Source: Amoebidium appalachense
Lineage: Eukaryota > Protista > Ichthyosporea
Direction: 5' to 3'
Assembly: GCA_963693365.1 (NCBI GenBank)
Contig: CAVNZM010000008.1
Coordinates: forward strand, 6,334,830 to 6,398,829
Length of the DNA stretch: 64,000 nt
The notes below the pieces were generated by a model, which saw nothing but the letters and a program-made list of their open reading frames with translations, was not told where the DNA came from and ran no database searches. Made by a program: the position numbers and the translations under genes. Shown here piece by piece: positions 30,752 through 43,291 of the stretch (positions within the stretch are counted from its first letter, which is position 1; each line of letters starts with the position of its first letter).

Positions 30752-32206
30752 TTTCTTTCTTTTCTTTTTTTTTTCTGTATTTTTTTTTGTGTGTGTGTGC
30801 TTCACTCGAGGAGCTCCAGCTCAAAAGTGCGGCTGGCCTCGCGGACGGAGGCGGAGACTGTAGTCTGTAGGGCTCGTGATTGCATGCGTTTAGTCTACAA
30901 AACAGCCACTCTATCCAGCATTATATGTCTACCTGTTTCGCAAAATCAGCACGGTTATGACGTCAAAGAATTAGACTGCCTGAAGATTACGTAGTTTCGT
31001 GAAACGGGGGACGCCGATATTATCGGTTGTGTGAGGGTCACGTGAGTTTGTAAGTGCAACGCATAGACGACTGTATAAGCGTTATAATTAATACACGTAT
31101 GCGCTTGTACGTGCGTTTATGTATGTGTATGTGCGTATGCGTGCGTGGGTATGTGCGCACGCACGCGCGCGTGTATTCGTGTGTGTCAGTTGTGTGTGCA
31201 TGTTTGCGTGTCTGCGTGTCTGTGTGTCTGTCTACATAGAGCTTTGTGCACTTGCTTGCGTGTGTGGAGATGGCCGGTGGTGGTGATGATGATGGTGGTG
31301 GGCGTCGATAAGAGAAACTGCCTGGCTTTCGACATTCGCTGCTATTTGGCACATTATTAGCAGGCCATGGGCAGATCAACTGCGCATATCAGGAAGAACG
31401 GTAAAAATCATGAAGGTTTGGTGGCTGAGGCACGCGTGTACGGGCGCAATGAGGTTATATTCTTGGTCCTCCCCAATATATCCCTAATAGCACCCAAGAA
31501 TGGCACGTGGGTTTTGTTTGGAATTCTTCACATCGGACACACGCGCATGATGTTACCTCATATTGGGGCCATCTCTCATGTTGTACGTCGGAAAGGCAAC
31601 GTCTATAGAGCATCTGCAGTTGGAACTCGTGCATGTGCAACTTGTGTGTGTGTGGGTGCACGTGCTAGGTGTACACGTTCAACGTTTGTTGCGGTACGGT
31701 GCAGGGTGTCCATGCAAGAGGGCAGTGGTAATGGTGGTCACGGTAATATGCACCGTGAGTTGATCATGAACTGAAGTGTTGGTGTGTGGTCACCATAAAG
31801 GAGGCCGTATAGGTGTGTGTGTGTCGTTGCTGTAATAAGTGTATGTTTTTCTGTGTATTTATGTGTGTGTGTGTTGTGTATGTTGTGTGTATTACACGTG
31901 TGTGTGTGTGTGTTGGTGTGTGCGACTAGTGTGCGTGTGTGTGTGGGGGGGGTTTTTTTTTCTTTCTTTTTCTTTTTTTTGGGGGGGGGAGGGGGGGGGG
32001 GGTTACCGGCTGGGTGTGTCGGGGCAATACTACGTGGGTGCAATCGTGTCCACATGTTTGTGCGTTTGTGCGCGCGCATGTGTGGGTAGTGCGTGTGTAA
32101 TAGGGGGGGGGGGGGGGGGGGGGGGGGGGTAAAGGGGGAGGGGTTTGTGGGTGTGTGTGTGTGTGTGTTTGCGAGAGCTGTATTGTGTGTGTATGTGTGT
32201 GTGTGT

Positions 32207-32240
<34 letters not shown>

Positions 32241-32481
32241 GAAGACGACAGGCAGAACTTCAGAAAGGAAAAAAACTACATCCAACTATAGTCCTTAGCA
32301 ACGAATCAAACAAACAACAAGTTCACAATAGAGTTCACAATAACTGCGGCCATCAAATAAAACATCGTAATGGCCATTTCTAGAAAAAATTATCAACCGA
32401 AAAGAGAAAGACAAGTTTTCATCAAAATTATTTGAGGTGCAGTGTGTTCGCATGTGTGCACAAGGCGTGTGTGCGTGTGTG

Positions 32482-32558
<77 letters not shown>

Positions 32559-32899
32559 GTAGCTGCGTTGATGCCGTCTCAAACAACGGTCACAAACAAC
32601 TAAATAATGAATACCAAGAACGTGGAAGGGAAACAATGAAATATATGACAAAACCAAAGGAAATGGAAAACTCCGGAAATTTAGAAAAACAGGAAACGTG
32701 AACGCGAGTGCACGTGCGCGTGCGAATACGCGGGTGTCTGGGTGTGTACGTGCTCATGTGGGGGGTGGGAAAACTACCTACATACGTAAAAACCCAAGCT
32801 GCACGGTCAGCAATACACAAATCCCACCTTCACCCCAGCTAAGTACTAAACCATAAAACAAAAAAGTATAAACCTCTACCCTTCTTGCAACACCCTTCA

Positions 32900-35800
32900 T
32901 TAATACTCCCGCATATTCTCAGGGAGGGGATCTGGAATTTCCAGAGCAACAGGCTTGTACGAGTTATATGTCCTATTCAACTTATGAAAGTGTCTAAGGT
33001 GGCTATCTGCATTGCTCACCCTCACAAAAGTCCTGTCACACCCCTCGACAGGACAGGAAAATGGCCTCAGCCCAATATGAATCCGCATGTGCGCCTGGAA
33101 GCTGTCCAGGATTTTAAACGACCTTCCACACCCCGGCCATTCGCACACTGTCATACGGCGCTGCGTGTGTGTCACTTGGTGCCTTTTGAGGCCGCTGAGT
33201 CTCGAGAACGACTTGCCGCAACCTGAAACGCGGCACTTGTGCGCCCTTTCACCAGTGTGCTTAAGCATGTGGTCTCTCAAAGCCGTACGTAGCCGAAAAC
33301 GCTGCCCGCACGTCTCGCATTCCCACGGTCTCTCCTTCGTGTGCGTTAGTATGTGCGACCTGAGCATGGCGCCCATCCGGAATCTCTTCCCGCACCCGTC
33401 GTAGGGACAAGGGTAGGGTTTCTCTCCCGTGTGGCAAAGCACATGCGTTCGAAGGTGACCCTTTAGCGCCCCCCGAAAGTTGCACCCCTCATACGTGCAC
33501 GTATAGGGCTTCTCCCCTGTATGGGCCTTGATATGGGAGTTGAGGTTTGCTCGCGAACGAAACGCCGCGGGGCAAAACTGGCACACGTGCGGCCGCTCGC
33601 CCGTGTGCGCATTGATGTGGTTCTGAATGCTACTGGATTGCGTGGCGGTGTGGTCACACCCATCATACGGACACTTGTACACCAACCTGCCGTTCAGTTC
33701 GACTCTCTCCCTGTGTACCCTGCTTGTATACGGTCTCTTCGCACGTATAGGTTTCTTCTCCCCGGGTTTCCCTGCAACCGACTGCAAGGTGTCGCCCTCC
33801 CCCACGGGCTCTTGGTGACTCTGGTTCGTGGCCGGCGGCTGCCGATTCCCGTCATGGTGCGGGTGCGTAGTTGCCGCTTGGCCCCTGTTCAAAACTCCCA
33901 CCCCGCCGCCTCCCGTCATTTCATTGGTGTGCCGAGTGTCCGCGGGTGGGGAGGACGTTGGCTGGGACGACATATCACTCTCCATCCCGTTCTCCGATTC
34001 GTCCGAGTCTTCGCCGTCTGATTCGCTGGGTGGTGGGGAGGGGTTGTCTTGGTGTGGGGTTGTGGTTGGGTGCCACAGAAGCGGCACCGGTAAGTAGGCG
34101 GCAAAAACGGGGGGTCTCATCAGCTGTTTTTGCGAAATTACACTGCCGGCGTCATCCTCCGTGTTCGTAACCCACGGCATTGTGGGCTCAGCTCCCTGCG
34201 CAGCCACTAATATTTCAAAACCATTGCCCGGCGAGGCGTTGCTGGTGGGTGCAGGGGGGTTTTTGTTGCCCGACGGGGTGTTGTTCTTCGGTGCAGGGGG
34301 GTTTTTGTTGCCAGACAGGGTGTTGTTCTTCGGTGCAGGGGGGTTCTTTTTGCCCGGCATGGTGATGTTTTTCGGTGCTGGGAGGTTATTCCCTGTCAAA
34401 TCTTCGGGTTTTAAGCGTTTCAACCAGGGCGAAGGCCTTGGTGGTTTGAACACAAAAGCCCCCAACCTTGTTTCAGGTTGCGCTGGTGGTGGCGGCGGCG
34501 GCGACCGATGAGGCGATGGTGGTGGCGGCGGGGAGGAACGTTTAGTAGCCACCGTTTCGTTTCCCACGGAGCTTGGTTGGTTCGAATCCTGCTGAGGGAC
34601 GGGGTTGTCGTGTGTGTCTGACGGGAAAACGTGGTCGAGCAATTGGGACATGTCCAATGACATGACCGTGTCCATGGCTGCTTCGAGCGCGCCAGCCTCA
34701 CACACATTACCCCCAGGTCCGTCCGTGGAAATGGGGACATCATGGGTCGGCCCATCCAGGAATGAACTGGGCATTGTAGCTGCCGGGGTCGGTGCTGGCC
34801 CTTGGGTAGTGGCGGGCGTTGATGAAACCGGGGGTGGTGGTGGGTCTTGCGGTCGCAACGTCGGAACTGTTGTAGCGGGCTCGGTGTCCATCCCCGCGCG
34901 CTGCACTTTGAAACGCTTGGAGTCACCGGCTGGAAGATTGGGAGGAGCAACGGGAACATGGGTTACGGATGCGTCAGGTTTGGGCGTTGGAAAGAGGCCG
35001 CGGCCCGCAGGGTTGACGAAACGGACACGGGGAGCTGTTTGTCTGGGCTCTCTCGTGTTGTTTGGAAGCAGCGAGTCGCCGGTTTTGGTGAAAAATTTGC
35101 ACAAGGCTCCGCGGCGTAGCGTGGGTTTTTTGGACCCAGAAAACATGCTAGTAGCTTGCGGGGTGTGCTGTGGTGCCGTGGTCGATGCTTGCTTCGCATG
35201 ATTCTGGCTTGTTGCGGGTGCTTGAGGGTGTGTGTATATGCTTGGCATCATGCTGAGGAAGGGGTTGTTGGAGAATGACGCCGCCTCGTGCTGTGTGATG
35301 GGTTGCTCGGTTCGTTGGTCTGTGGTTTCATTCAGTTCGCTCACATAGCTGGTGGCCAAACGCAGCACGTCTGCCTCCGACGGCAACTTTAGTTGCAGTT
35401 GCGTGCGTGGAGGGGCGGGCGGGTGGGTGATGGATTGAACTGCCCCTAAAGTGAGTGGTGGTTGTGGTTGTGGTTGTGGTTGTGGCTGTGTGGTTGGCAT
35501 GTGAGGGGCAGGGTGCTTAGCCGTGGTTAGAGGGGCAGTGGTGTTGGCAACTTTCAGTGTGGGTTGCTGTGTGTGGGTTCGGTTTGCAGACTTTAAGGAT
35601 AACTCTGGTGGCGGTTGTTTGCGTGGAGGAGGGGATGGGTGGGTTGTGAGTGATGGTTGTGGTGGTGGTTGTGTGGTTGGGGCATAACGGGCAGGGTGCT
35701 TGGCCGTAATTGGTGGAGCGATGGGGTTGTCGGCCGTGAGTGTGGGTTGCTGTGTGTGAGGTTCGTCTGCAGACTTGACAGGCAACTCTGTGCGTGGTTG

Positions 35801-36388
35801 CTTTCGTAGAGGAGGTAACGAGTGGGTGATAGGTTGAAAGGCACCCAGGTTGAATGGTGACAGTGGCTGTGACTGTGTGGTTGGAGTGTAACGGAGAGTG
35901 GGCTTAGCCGTTGCAGGAGCAACGCCTTTGTCAACTGTGTGCGTGGGTTGCTCTGTGTGCATGTGATTTGCATGTTTTCTCGTGTTCGTGTGGTCGCGGG
36001 TTCCATGGTTGCTATTTGAGCTTACGTGTTTGTAAATTTGCGTAGACTTTGGTAGTGGTGTTGGTGGCCGCAGTGGTAGTCGTGTATGTACGACAACCGT
36101 GGCATTCTCCGCATGTGCACAAGGGTGTGTGGGTGTGTGCTTTGCGTGTGTTTTACTTTTGCTCTTATTTACGCTTACTTCCTCCGCTGTGTTATCATTA
36201 GCGCAGCAAGCGTGGAAAATTGCGTCCCTGCGCGTGTTGAACAATCTATGACAGCCCCGCACGCATCCATACTGCCTAATCTCTAAGCCTCGGGTTTGAT
36301 TTGTCTGAGGGGTGATGTTGGTGGGTGGTTGCGTGGGGTGCGAGTGTGCGTCAGGTGCCTGGCGCAAGGAACGCAGCCGGAAACTCAT
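32900..36388 (-). CDS. Intronless C2H2 zinc-finger protein, 1162 aa, probable transcription factor
   Basis: Uninterrupted ORF. Eight C-terminal C-x2/4-C-x12-H-x3/4-H fingers with TGE(K/R)P(Y/H)-type linkers. Long P/T/Q-rich N-terminal region with internal repeats. No long homopolymer tracts, unlike the flanking DNA. Confidence 0.92.
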   Translation of the reverse strand: MSFRLRSLRQAPDAHSHPTQPPTNITPQTNQTRGLEIRQYGCVRGCHRLFNTRRDAIFHACCANDNTAEEVSVNKSKSKTHAKHTPTHPCAHAENATVVVHTRLPLRPPTPLPKSTQIYKHVSSNSNHGTRDHTNTRKHANHMHTEQPTHTVDKGVAPATAKPTLRYTPTTQSQPLSPFNLGAFQPITHSLPPLRKQPRTELPVKSADEPHTQQPTLTADNPIAPPITAKHPARYAPTTQPPPQPSLTTHPSPPPRKQPPPELSLKSANRTHTQQPTLKVANTTAPLTTAKHPAPHMPTTQPQPQPQPQPPLTLGAVQSITHPPAPPRTQLQLKLPSEADVLRLATSYVSELNETTDQRTEQPITQHEAASFSNNPFLSMMPSIYTHPQAPATSQNHAKQASTTAPQHTPQATSMFSGSKKPTLRRGALCKFFTKTGDSLLPNNTREPRQTAPRVRFVNPAGRGLFPTPKPDASVTHVPVAPPNLPAGDSKRFKVQRAGMDTEPATTVPTLRPQDPPPPPVSSTPATTQGPAPTPAATMPSSFLDGPTHDVPISTDGPGGNVCEAGALEAAMDTVMSLDMSQLLDHVFPSDTHDNPVPQQDSNQPSSVGNETVATKRSSPPPPPSPHRSPPPPPPAQPETRLGAFVFKPPRPSPWLKRLKPEDLTGNNLPAPKNITMPGKKNPPAPKNNTLSGNKNPPAPKNNTPSGNKNPPAPTSNASPGNGFEILVAAQGAEPTMPWVTNTEDDAGSVISQKQLMRPPVFAAYLPVPLLWHPTTTPHQDNPSPPPSESDGEDSDESENGMESDMSSQPTSSPPADTRHTNEMTGGGGVGVLNRGQAATTHPHHDGNRQPPATNQSHQEPVGEGDTLQSVAGKPGEKKPIRAKRPYTSRVHRERVELNGRLVYKCPYDGCDHTATQSSSIQNHINAHTGERPHVCQFCPAAFRSRANLNSHIKAHTGEKPYTCTYEGCNFRGALKGHLRTHVLCHTGEKPYPCPYDGCGKRFRMGAMLRSHILTHTKERPWECETCGQRFRLRTALRDHMLKHTGERAHKCRVSGCGKSFSRLSGLKRHQVTHTQRRMTVCEWPGCGRSFKILDSFQAHMRIHIGLRPFSCPVEGCDRTFVRVSNADSHLRHFHKLNRTYNSYKPVALEIPDPLPENMREY

Positions 36389-36888
36389 GTTGAAATATTC
36401 ACGATGCTGTGCGTGCTGGTGAAGCGTTAAGAAAAAAAGACGAAAAATACCAAAAATAGCTCAATCCTACCACAAACTGCAGTATGACGGTCACTCTCCC
36501 CTTTCAGCCTAACGAAACATAACTGTTGTGCTGTCAGAGCTGCAACGGCTACAAAGGCAACCGTGCATGCACAGTCCTAAACTAATCGCGCACAAAGCAA
36601 AAATATATCACTGATATATCCAGTGTTTCAGCAATAATCTTGTATATCTGTTATTATGCGCTAGCTATCTATAAACAAAGTCAAATAAGATTTAGGCTAT
36701 TATGCAACACTGTTGATTGAAGAGCCCTAAGGGCTCAATCGGCGTTTGTCGGACTGTGTCTGAGGCCGCCATCTGGCTTCACCTGTCCGATACCCCCTCC
36801 CCACCCTCCCCCTCCAGCCCCATGCGGCTGGCTGCAGTCTCTCTCTTCCCCGCCTCCCTCCCCCCCACCCAATACTCGCCTTACGTAT

Positions 36889-36932
<44 letters not shown>

Positions 36933-37299
36933 GGCCCCGCGGGCCCAATGCACACGCCACGCGGTACATGTACGCCCGGCATACGCATGTGCACAGCCTG
37001 ATGCTGGAAAAGCAAAACTGGCATGCACACTCTTTCTCCGCCCTTCCCCGGCCCTCTCCCCCAATCCCCCCCCCCCCCCCCCTCCTCCTCCCCCCCTACC
37101 CCCCCGGCCCCTTCCCCCCCCCCCCCTCTCCCCCCCCCCCCCCCCCCCCCCCCCCCTCCCCTCCTCCCTACTTGCCCATTAATATTTAGGCGAGTAAAAG
37201 GGCAAACTTTCGTCGCGGCGATGGCTTATATCATGCTAATGACAGTAAATGTTTATATTTATGATAAATATATGGTGACCGATCTTGGGCTGTAATTCC

Positions 37300-37684
37300 G
37301 ATGACGCTAAACTGCACATCATAAAGTTTTCGGAGGATCGAGAGGCCTGGGGGACGTACTCTGAGGAGGGGGTGTACGTATACATGTAGGTTAGGAAGGT
37401 GATGGATATCTTTTGGAGGAGCAGGGGGAAGTTAGAAAGTTCAGGAAGGGACTGTTTGGAGTTGAGCCGAGAATGGGGAGCCTTGGGGGGGCGGAGCGGG
37501 GGGGAGAGAGGGATGGGAGGGGCTGGAGGGGGGGGGGGGGGGGGGGGGAAGCCTCCGGAGGAGGTAGGTTCACCTGACGATAGGTCACCTTCCAAATATG
37601 GCATAACTTAGCCCGCCCAAATTCCAAGAGAATGCGTGTAATCATCAACCGGTTGTTTAAGTCCCAACCAAAGGCGTAAAGCAT
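37300..37684 (-). pseudogene. Possible highly decayed non-LTR retroelement fragment
   Basis: GWDLNNRLMITRILLEFG weakly resembles the post-RT R..I.R..LEYG segment of LINEs. It is interrupted by a G tract. Weak call. Confidence 0.25.
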
Positions 37685-37925
37685 CGCTAAGTGCTTAAAA
37701 AATGAACCTAAAGCAATATTAACAGGTATACTATTAGTAATAGTTTATAGGATATAACGAGTAGGTTTCTATTTGATTATATTGGGATATTAGTGCAACA
37801 TTGAAGAGGACGAACCCGTGAATGGCGCATTGTCGTTACCACCCTTTCAAAAAACTTTGTTGTTGGGCTACAGAAAAAGCGCGTATTATGGTCCAATCAC
37901 TGGCAGCGTCTTGTGGAGTCGCATG

Positions 37926-39217
37926 TGCGACATCGAAATGTGATGGGAATATGAATTCGAACACGGATGAAGTCGGATGGGGGACGGATGGTCACAGCTT
38001 TCGTTGACAAGAACTATGTTTTGGACAAGGAAAAGACTGAGGACGCCCTGGCAGGTCCCGGAAGCCCATTTACATCGTGATGTTTATTGATCTGGGGGGC
38101 TTCCGGCGTGTCTGGGGTTACTCGATGTATATCTACGTCACATGTTAAGCGCACAAGAGAAGGATAGTGTGTGTCTTCACACATGGATAAGGCTAGTACG
38201 TGGGTGCAAACATATAAGCATGTGGATGCATACTAGGGGTAGGGGGGGGGCGTCACAGTGTACATGTCAGGGACAGGCAAACCTCCAAGCCATCCCCTAA
38301 CCACACGTGGGCGGGCTGCAGTGCCTCTGAGGATGACCTCACGTGGGTACAAAACATAAAAGCAAAACATATAAGCAGAGGCGAGCAAGAGCGAGAGGCA
38401 GACATAGATCTTCCCCGATGTACATGTTGAAATATATCGTGCTTGGGTATATTATAATACACGTAGTTTGCGCAAATGACGGCTGTTCAGACTGGAGGAA
38501 AACACACGACTCTAGATCTAGTGATCGTCAGGTAGTGATCTTAACCACCGTGTGGGCACAAGCAAAGTCGGAGACTCACACCCTCCGGCAAACGTGTGCT
38601 GGGCTTAGTGTCTGGCACCCATTATGCGGGATTAGCAGCACACGGGGGTGACGTTTCTCGTGCTTTGCTTATACGCACAAGTATCAGGACCAAAACTTGC
38701 CGATCACTGTGGTCGTGTGTGGAAAATGGGAAAAGGTGATGATGCGCTCATGAGAAATGGGCTGGTGCGAAAACCGAGTTGTGTGTGCTACAATATGAAT
38801 AATGACATGGCTGTTGCAAAAAAATGGCCTCATTGCGGGGCGACGTCCGAATAAGTACAGTAAGCAAGTGCATCCTCGTGTATCCGTAGTTATCCGTACT
38901 GGACTGCTGTGACCATCCGTCCGTAAAAATGAGCTATCGTAGCATGCTACCAGAGCGCGCGTGTGGAAGCGTGTTTACCTGGTTACCCCACGAGGGAGAC
39001 TTTCCTTCTCTGCTACCATGCGACATCGAAATGTGTTGGGAATATGAATTCGAACACGGATGAAAGTCGGATGGGGGACGGATGGTCACAGCTTTCGTTG
39101 ACAAGAACTATGTTTTGGACAAGGAAAAGACTGAGGACGCCAGGTCCCGGAGCCCCATTTACATCGTGATGTTTATTGATCTGGGGGGCACACTTCCGTG
39201 TCTGGGGTGACTCGATG
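37926..39217. repeat. About 200-bp direct repeat pair (37926-38127, 39019-39217)
   Basis: TGCGACATCGAAATGTG...CTCGATG is present twice with small indels. A 17-bp inverted piece lies near 38906. Confidence 0.9.
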
Positions 39218-39359
39218 ACTAGATTTTATTTGTGGAATTTATTGACATAAATATTTTTCTGGGTAAACACGTAGGATGGGTGTTCGGTATCGACATAACC
39301 ATGTAGGCTTCGTTTCGTGTTTTAGCAGCTCGCGGTTGGCTGCACGCACACGGGCACCT

Positions 39360-39485
39360 ATTAGCCAATCAAAACGTCAGATTCCACATATCACTAGACC
39401 GATTTTGATTGGCTGGGATCAGATTTCACATATCACTAGATCAATTTTGATTGGCTCGGATCGGTAGGCTTAGGTATAGTATAAG
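39360..39485 (+). promoter_or_regulatory. Candidate promoter of the DIRS/Ngaro element: CCAAT boxes in a 42-bp tandem duplication and a TATA-like motif
   Basis: AGCCAATC at about 39363, GATTGGCT twice and TATAGTATAAG about 135 bp upstream of the gag ATG. Confidence 0.45.
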
Positions 39486-39613
39486 CACGACAGTTTTTAG
39501 CAGATCAGCAAGCTACAAACACATCTTCTGGGTTGAGCACCTACGCGGCGCCCTTACAGCTATAGTATTTTCTTTTCATTTCATTCTCTCTATCTTTCCC
39601 TACGCCGGTCAGC

Positions 39614-40760
39614 ATGCCGCCGAAAAAGCGCCAGGCCTCAGCCACCGCCCCTGCCGCGGCACCTAAGCGCCTGACTCGCAGCGACCTCCGCAACAGGCTG
39701 ACCAACGCTCCCGCGGGCACTGACGCGCCTCCGGAGGCCCATACCACCACGGACCCTCCGGCTACTCTCCCCTCTACCCCTGAAGTCCCTCCTCACTGGC
39801 AGGCCCCGCCGTCCCCGCCGATGACTTCTCAGGACGCCGTCCTTGCCGCCCTCACCGCCCTCAGCACCCAGATGGCCGGCGTCCTGGCCGCTCTCACCAA
39901 CCGCGACCCTCCCACGCCCCCAGCCGCGCCCTCCGCACCCGGGGAGGTTTCCCTGGGGCTGCACCTCGGCCCTGACCTGGACCTACCTGCCCTGCCCGCG
40001 CCCCCCATTACAGGTAAGAACACCGGCGACATTCAGCCTGGCACACTGCCGCTTCCCCCCGCGGATGTGCTGGCAGATTTGCGCGCCAATCGCTTCGTCG
40101 ACCTGTATAAGTTCACCCCCGCAGCCCTCCCGTCAGCAGCTGCGCATCGGCCGACGACGGCAGCATCGAGACTTTTCGCAATGACAAACCCGTTCCCCTG
40201 CGTTCCCTCGTCGTTTGGATCCAAGCTTGGACCCATTACATGGCCGCCAAGCACCACCTCGACCTCCCCACGGACAAGGACGTACTTTGGACTCAGCACA
40301 TCACTCGCCTCAGCACCCGATACCCGTGGGCCCAGATCCACAACTACGACGTATACGCCCGTACAGTTGCACCAGCAGGGTCGGGCTCCGACTTCGAGTG
40401 TCCCAACCTGCTCGCCCAACTCCACCAGGATCTCCTCCTGCCACCCACTCTGCTCATCCCGGACGCATGTCAGCGCTGTGGCTTCCCCGACCACCCCAGC
40501 GCGGCCTGTACCATGTACCCCAAGCCCGGCAGGCCCGCTGTGGTCTTGATGGCTTCAAGCCGCCCCACAAGCCCGGCAGGGGACAAACCCCCAACCGCCC
40601 TGGCCCGCAACCCGGCCCGGCAAAACCGGCCCGACCCGTGGATCTACCCGCGACGCACTGCAGGAATTTCCACATTAACGGTCGGTCCTGTGCTAAGCAG
40701 CCCTGCCCCTTCCCCCACGTGTGCCCGCTCTGCTCTGGCACACACCCCCGCAAACTTTGA
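39614..40760 (+). pseudogene. Gag-like ORF1 of the DIRS/Ngaro element, two frameshifts
   Basis: ORFs 39614-40549, 40240-40785 and 40215-40760 each carry part of one gag-like protein with zinc knuckles. Confidence 0.75.
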
Positions 40761-41176
40761 ATACTGCAAGCACAATGCCTACTAGTAGTCTACGCGCACA
40801 CCCACACACACAGATAGAACATAGGGGCTAGGAGCTAGGATACACGGGTACAAGGAAACGGAGCTCGGGAGAACGGGCCACTAGGGCTGAGTACAAATTT
40901 TCGCAGGCCAACTACGGCGCCCGCGCGCGCCAAGAATAAATCTCCCTACACAAAGACGTTATTCTGGCCACTGCACATAATTTTACTCCCCCCCCCCCAT
41001 CCCACGAGCCTCCCCCCCTTACACTCACCTAGCACCCGAGTCCCTCCCCCCTTCTTCTAACTCTGTGCCCGCCCACACCCCCGCGTGCTCGGGCATCCCC
41101 TGCACAGGGCCCCGCTGCCCTCCCTGCAAACCCTCCCTCGGGCCCAGCTGCCCTACTCTGACCCCCCGGGGCCCTG

Positions 41177-41235
<59 letters not shown>

Positions 41236-41289
41236 CTGCCGGGAATCTCCCCGAGGCAGTGCCCCACCCTTGCTAACCACACCTTCCCC

Positions 41290-42003
41290 CAAGGCTCAGA
41301 CCCGGAGGCCCGCCCGCTGCCCCAGCACCACATTGACACCTCCCGCTTCCGGGAGCTGCTGGCCTCCTACCCAGACCAATCATTCGCCGCACAGCTCCTC
41401 CACGATGTCGAATTCGGTGTCGACATCGGCTATCGCGGCCCCTCCACCTCTCGGGTGGGCCCCAACCTACCCACCACCCCGGATGCAGCTGCCGCTATCA
41501 CGGCGGATATTGCCAAAGAGGTCGCCCTCGGCCACCTGCGTGGCCCCCTCTTCCCGGACCAATTCTTTGCCGAATTTCCGGTCCACCGTTCCTCCCCCAT
41601 CGGCGCCGTTACGAAAAAAGGGAACCCCCCCAAGTACCGTCGAATCCACCAGCTCTCATGGCCCCGGGGCAGCAGTGTCAATGACAGCATCACCTACCCC
41701 GACGAACTTCAGTACATTCGAGCCCGGGACGTCGTCACCCAGCTCATTCTCGACGCAGGCCCCGGCTGCTACATGGCCGTGGCAGACGTGCAGGCTGCCT
41801 TCCGGCACATGCCCATCCGACCAGAAGACCATCACTTAAATGGCATTCAAATGGCAGGGGCATTTTTACGTTGACACCAGACTGCCCTTCGGCCTGAAAT
41901 CTAGCACAGCCATCTGGGAACGGATCGCGGCCACCCTCCAGTGGCTGGCACACCAGCACGGTGTTACCCTCATCCGCCACTACGTAGACGACTGGATTAT
42001 AGT
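41290..42003 (+). pseudogene. DIRS/Ngaro-type reverse transcriptase fragment, frameshifted near 41840
   Basis: RT motifs are split between ORFs 41065-41874 and 41840-42073. Confidence 0.85.
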
Positions 42004-42824
42004 CATGCTTTCTAATGATATGTTTGTGCTGTTTATGTGCCGTCTACACGTGGTTGACATGAGCAGTACATAGTGTACATGTACTAAGTACAGTCGCGGC
42101 GCCGCGGCGGCCGGGCGGTGGCGGTGGCCGGGCCGCTGGGATGCTGATGACATCACCAGATCGACCTGGGACAAAGTTTTTTAGGCGATCTGATTTTTTT
42201 AAAAAAAAGTCACACACACCATTGATTGGCCAAACGTTTGTCACAGTAAAATATAAAAGAAAGAGGGGGGTATTGTCCGGTGAACATCTGTGCCTCCGGA
42301 GAGCCTCGGATATCACGGAGACTCTCCAAGGGTACATATGGATCCCCCAGATTGTCCATATTTGGCAAATACGCGTTTCACACATTCCTTGCGCGAATGA
42401 AAACACAGTATGTATCGCCATATATGACTATTTTAGTTTGGGCGCCAAGGCGGATAGATCTCCACACTGCCCAGCCTCTCACCAGCCAGTGCCGGAGGCT
42501 CGGAAGCTGGCCCTTTGGGTCCGTGTGCTCGTGTTGGTTTCTCAGAAGCATTTTGAGTTGTTGCCGAGTTTTTTTTGGCGTTTCAGAAAGATCTGCAATA
42601 GCCGGCCAGTTTTTCCATCGCGCTGAAAGGTTGATTTTGTGTGGCAGCCTAAAGAGAAAGGGCTTATGCGGGCTAGTTTCCAGGACCTAACCGTTGACCT
42701 TTTTGTGGATAGCTCAGTGAGGGAAGGGGAACGAGCATTGTTTAAGTTGAGCACGTTGCAAAGGGGCTAAACAAATTTCTCAAAGCTAAAAAGGGTAATT
42801 TTGCCTGAGATGTGAAGCCCCCCT

Positions 42825-42857
<33 letters not shown>

Positions 42858-42917
42858 TTCCCGGGCACCTTCTCCCAAGAACCTTTTCTCTTTTTGTATT
42901 CGACCCCCCTAACCCCC

Positions 42918-42948
<31 letters not shown>

Positions 42949-43149
42949 AATAAAAAAAAATAAAAAAAATAAAAGAAATACTCAATAATAATAATAAAAA
43001 CGTTACAACAACAAACTACTTAACCCCCCAACCCCAACTCCTTCTCTAACCTTGTTGCCCCCTACCCATGCGTGCCCCTTTCCCCTTTGTCACTCCTTTA
43101 CTTGCACAAAGGTTTTTTTTTTCCGGTTTCGCCATCATTGCCCCCCCCT

Positions 43150-43181
<32 letters not shown>

Positions 43182-43260
43182 CCCACCCCCACCTCCACCC
43201 CACTTCCCCTCTCCCCTTCTGCTCCTCCCCTTCTCCCCTCCCCCCCCTCCCCCCCTCTGA

Positions 43261-43291
<31 letters not shown>

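Larger units (their letters stand above)
39614..42003 (+). mobile_element. Truncated DIRS/Ngaro-type (tyrosine-recombinase class) retrotransposon: frameshifted gag and partial RT
   Basis: Gag pieces in three frames: WIQAWTHY...ITRLSTRYPWAQIHNYD, CCHC knuckle CQRCGFPDHPSAAC and CRNFHINGRSCAKQPCPFPHVCPLCSGTH. RT pieces: GVDIGYRGP, SPIGAVTKK, YRRIHQLSWP..SVND, ADVQAAFRHMPI, LPFGLKSS and HYVDD. Homology stops just after YVDD; no RNase H or recombinase is visible. Confidence 0.85.

Noticed and set aside
31367-31774. 135-aa plus-strand ORF between COA7 and the ZnF gene
   Set aside because: No recognisable motif and no supporting splice structure.
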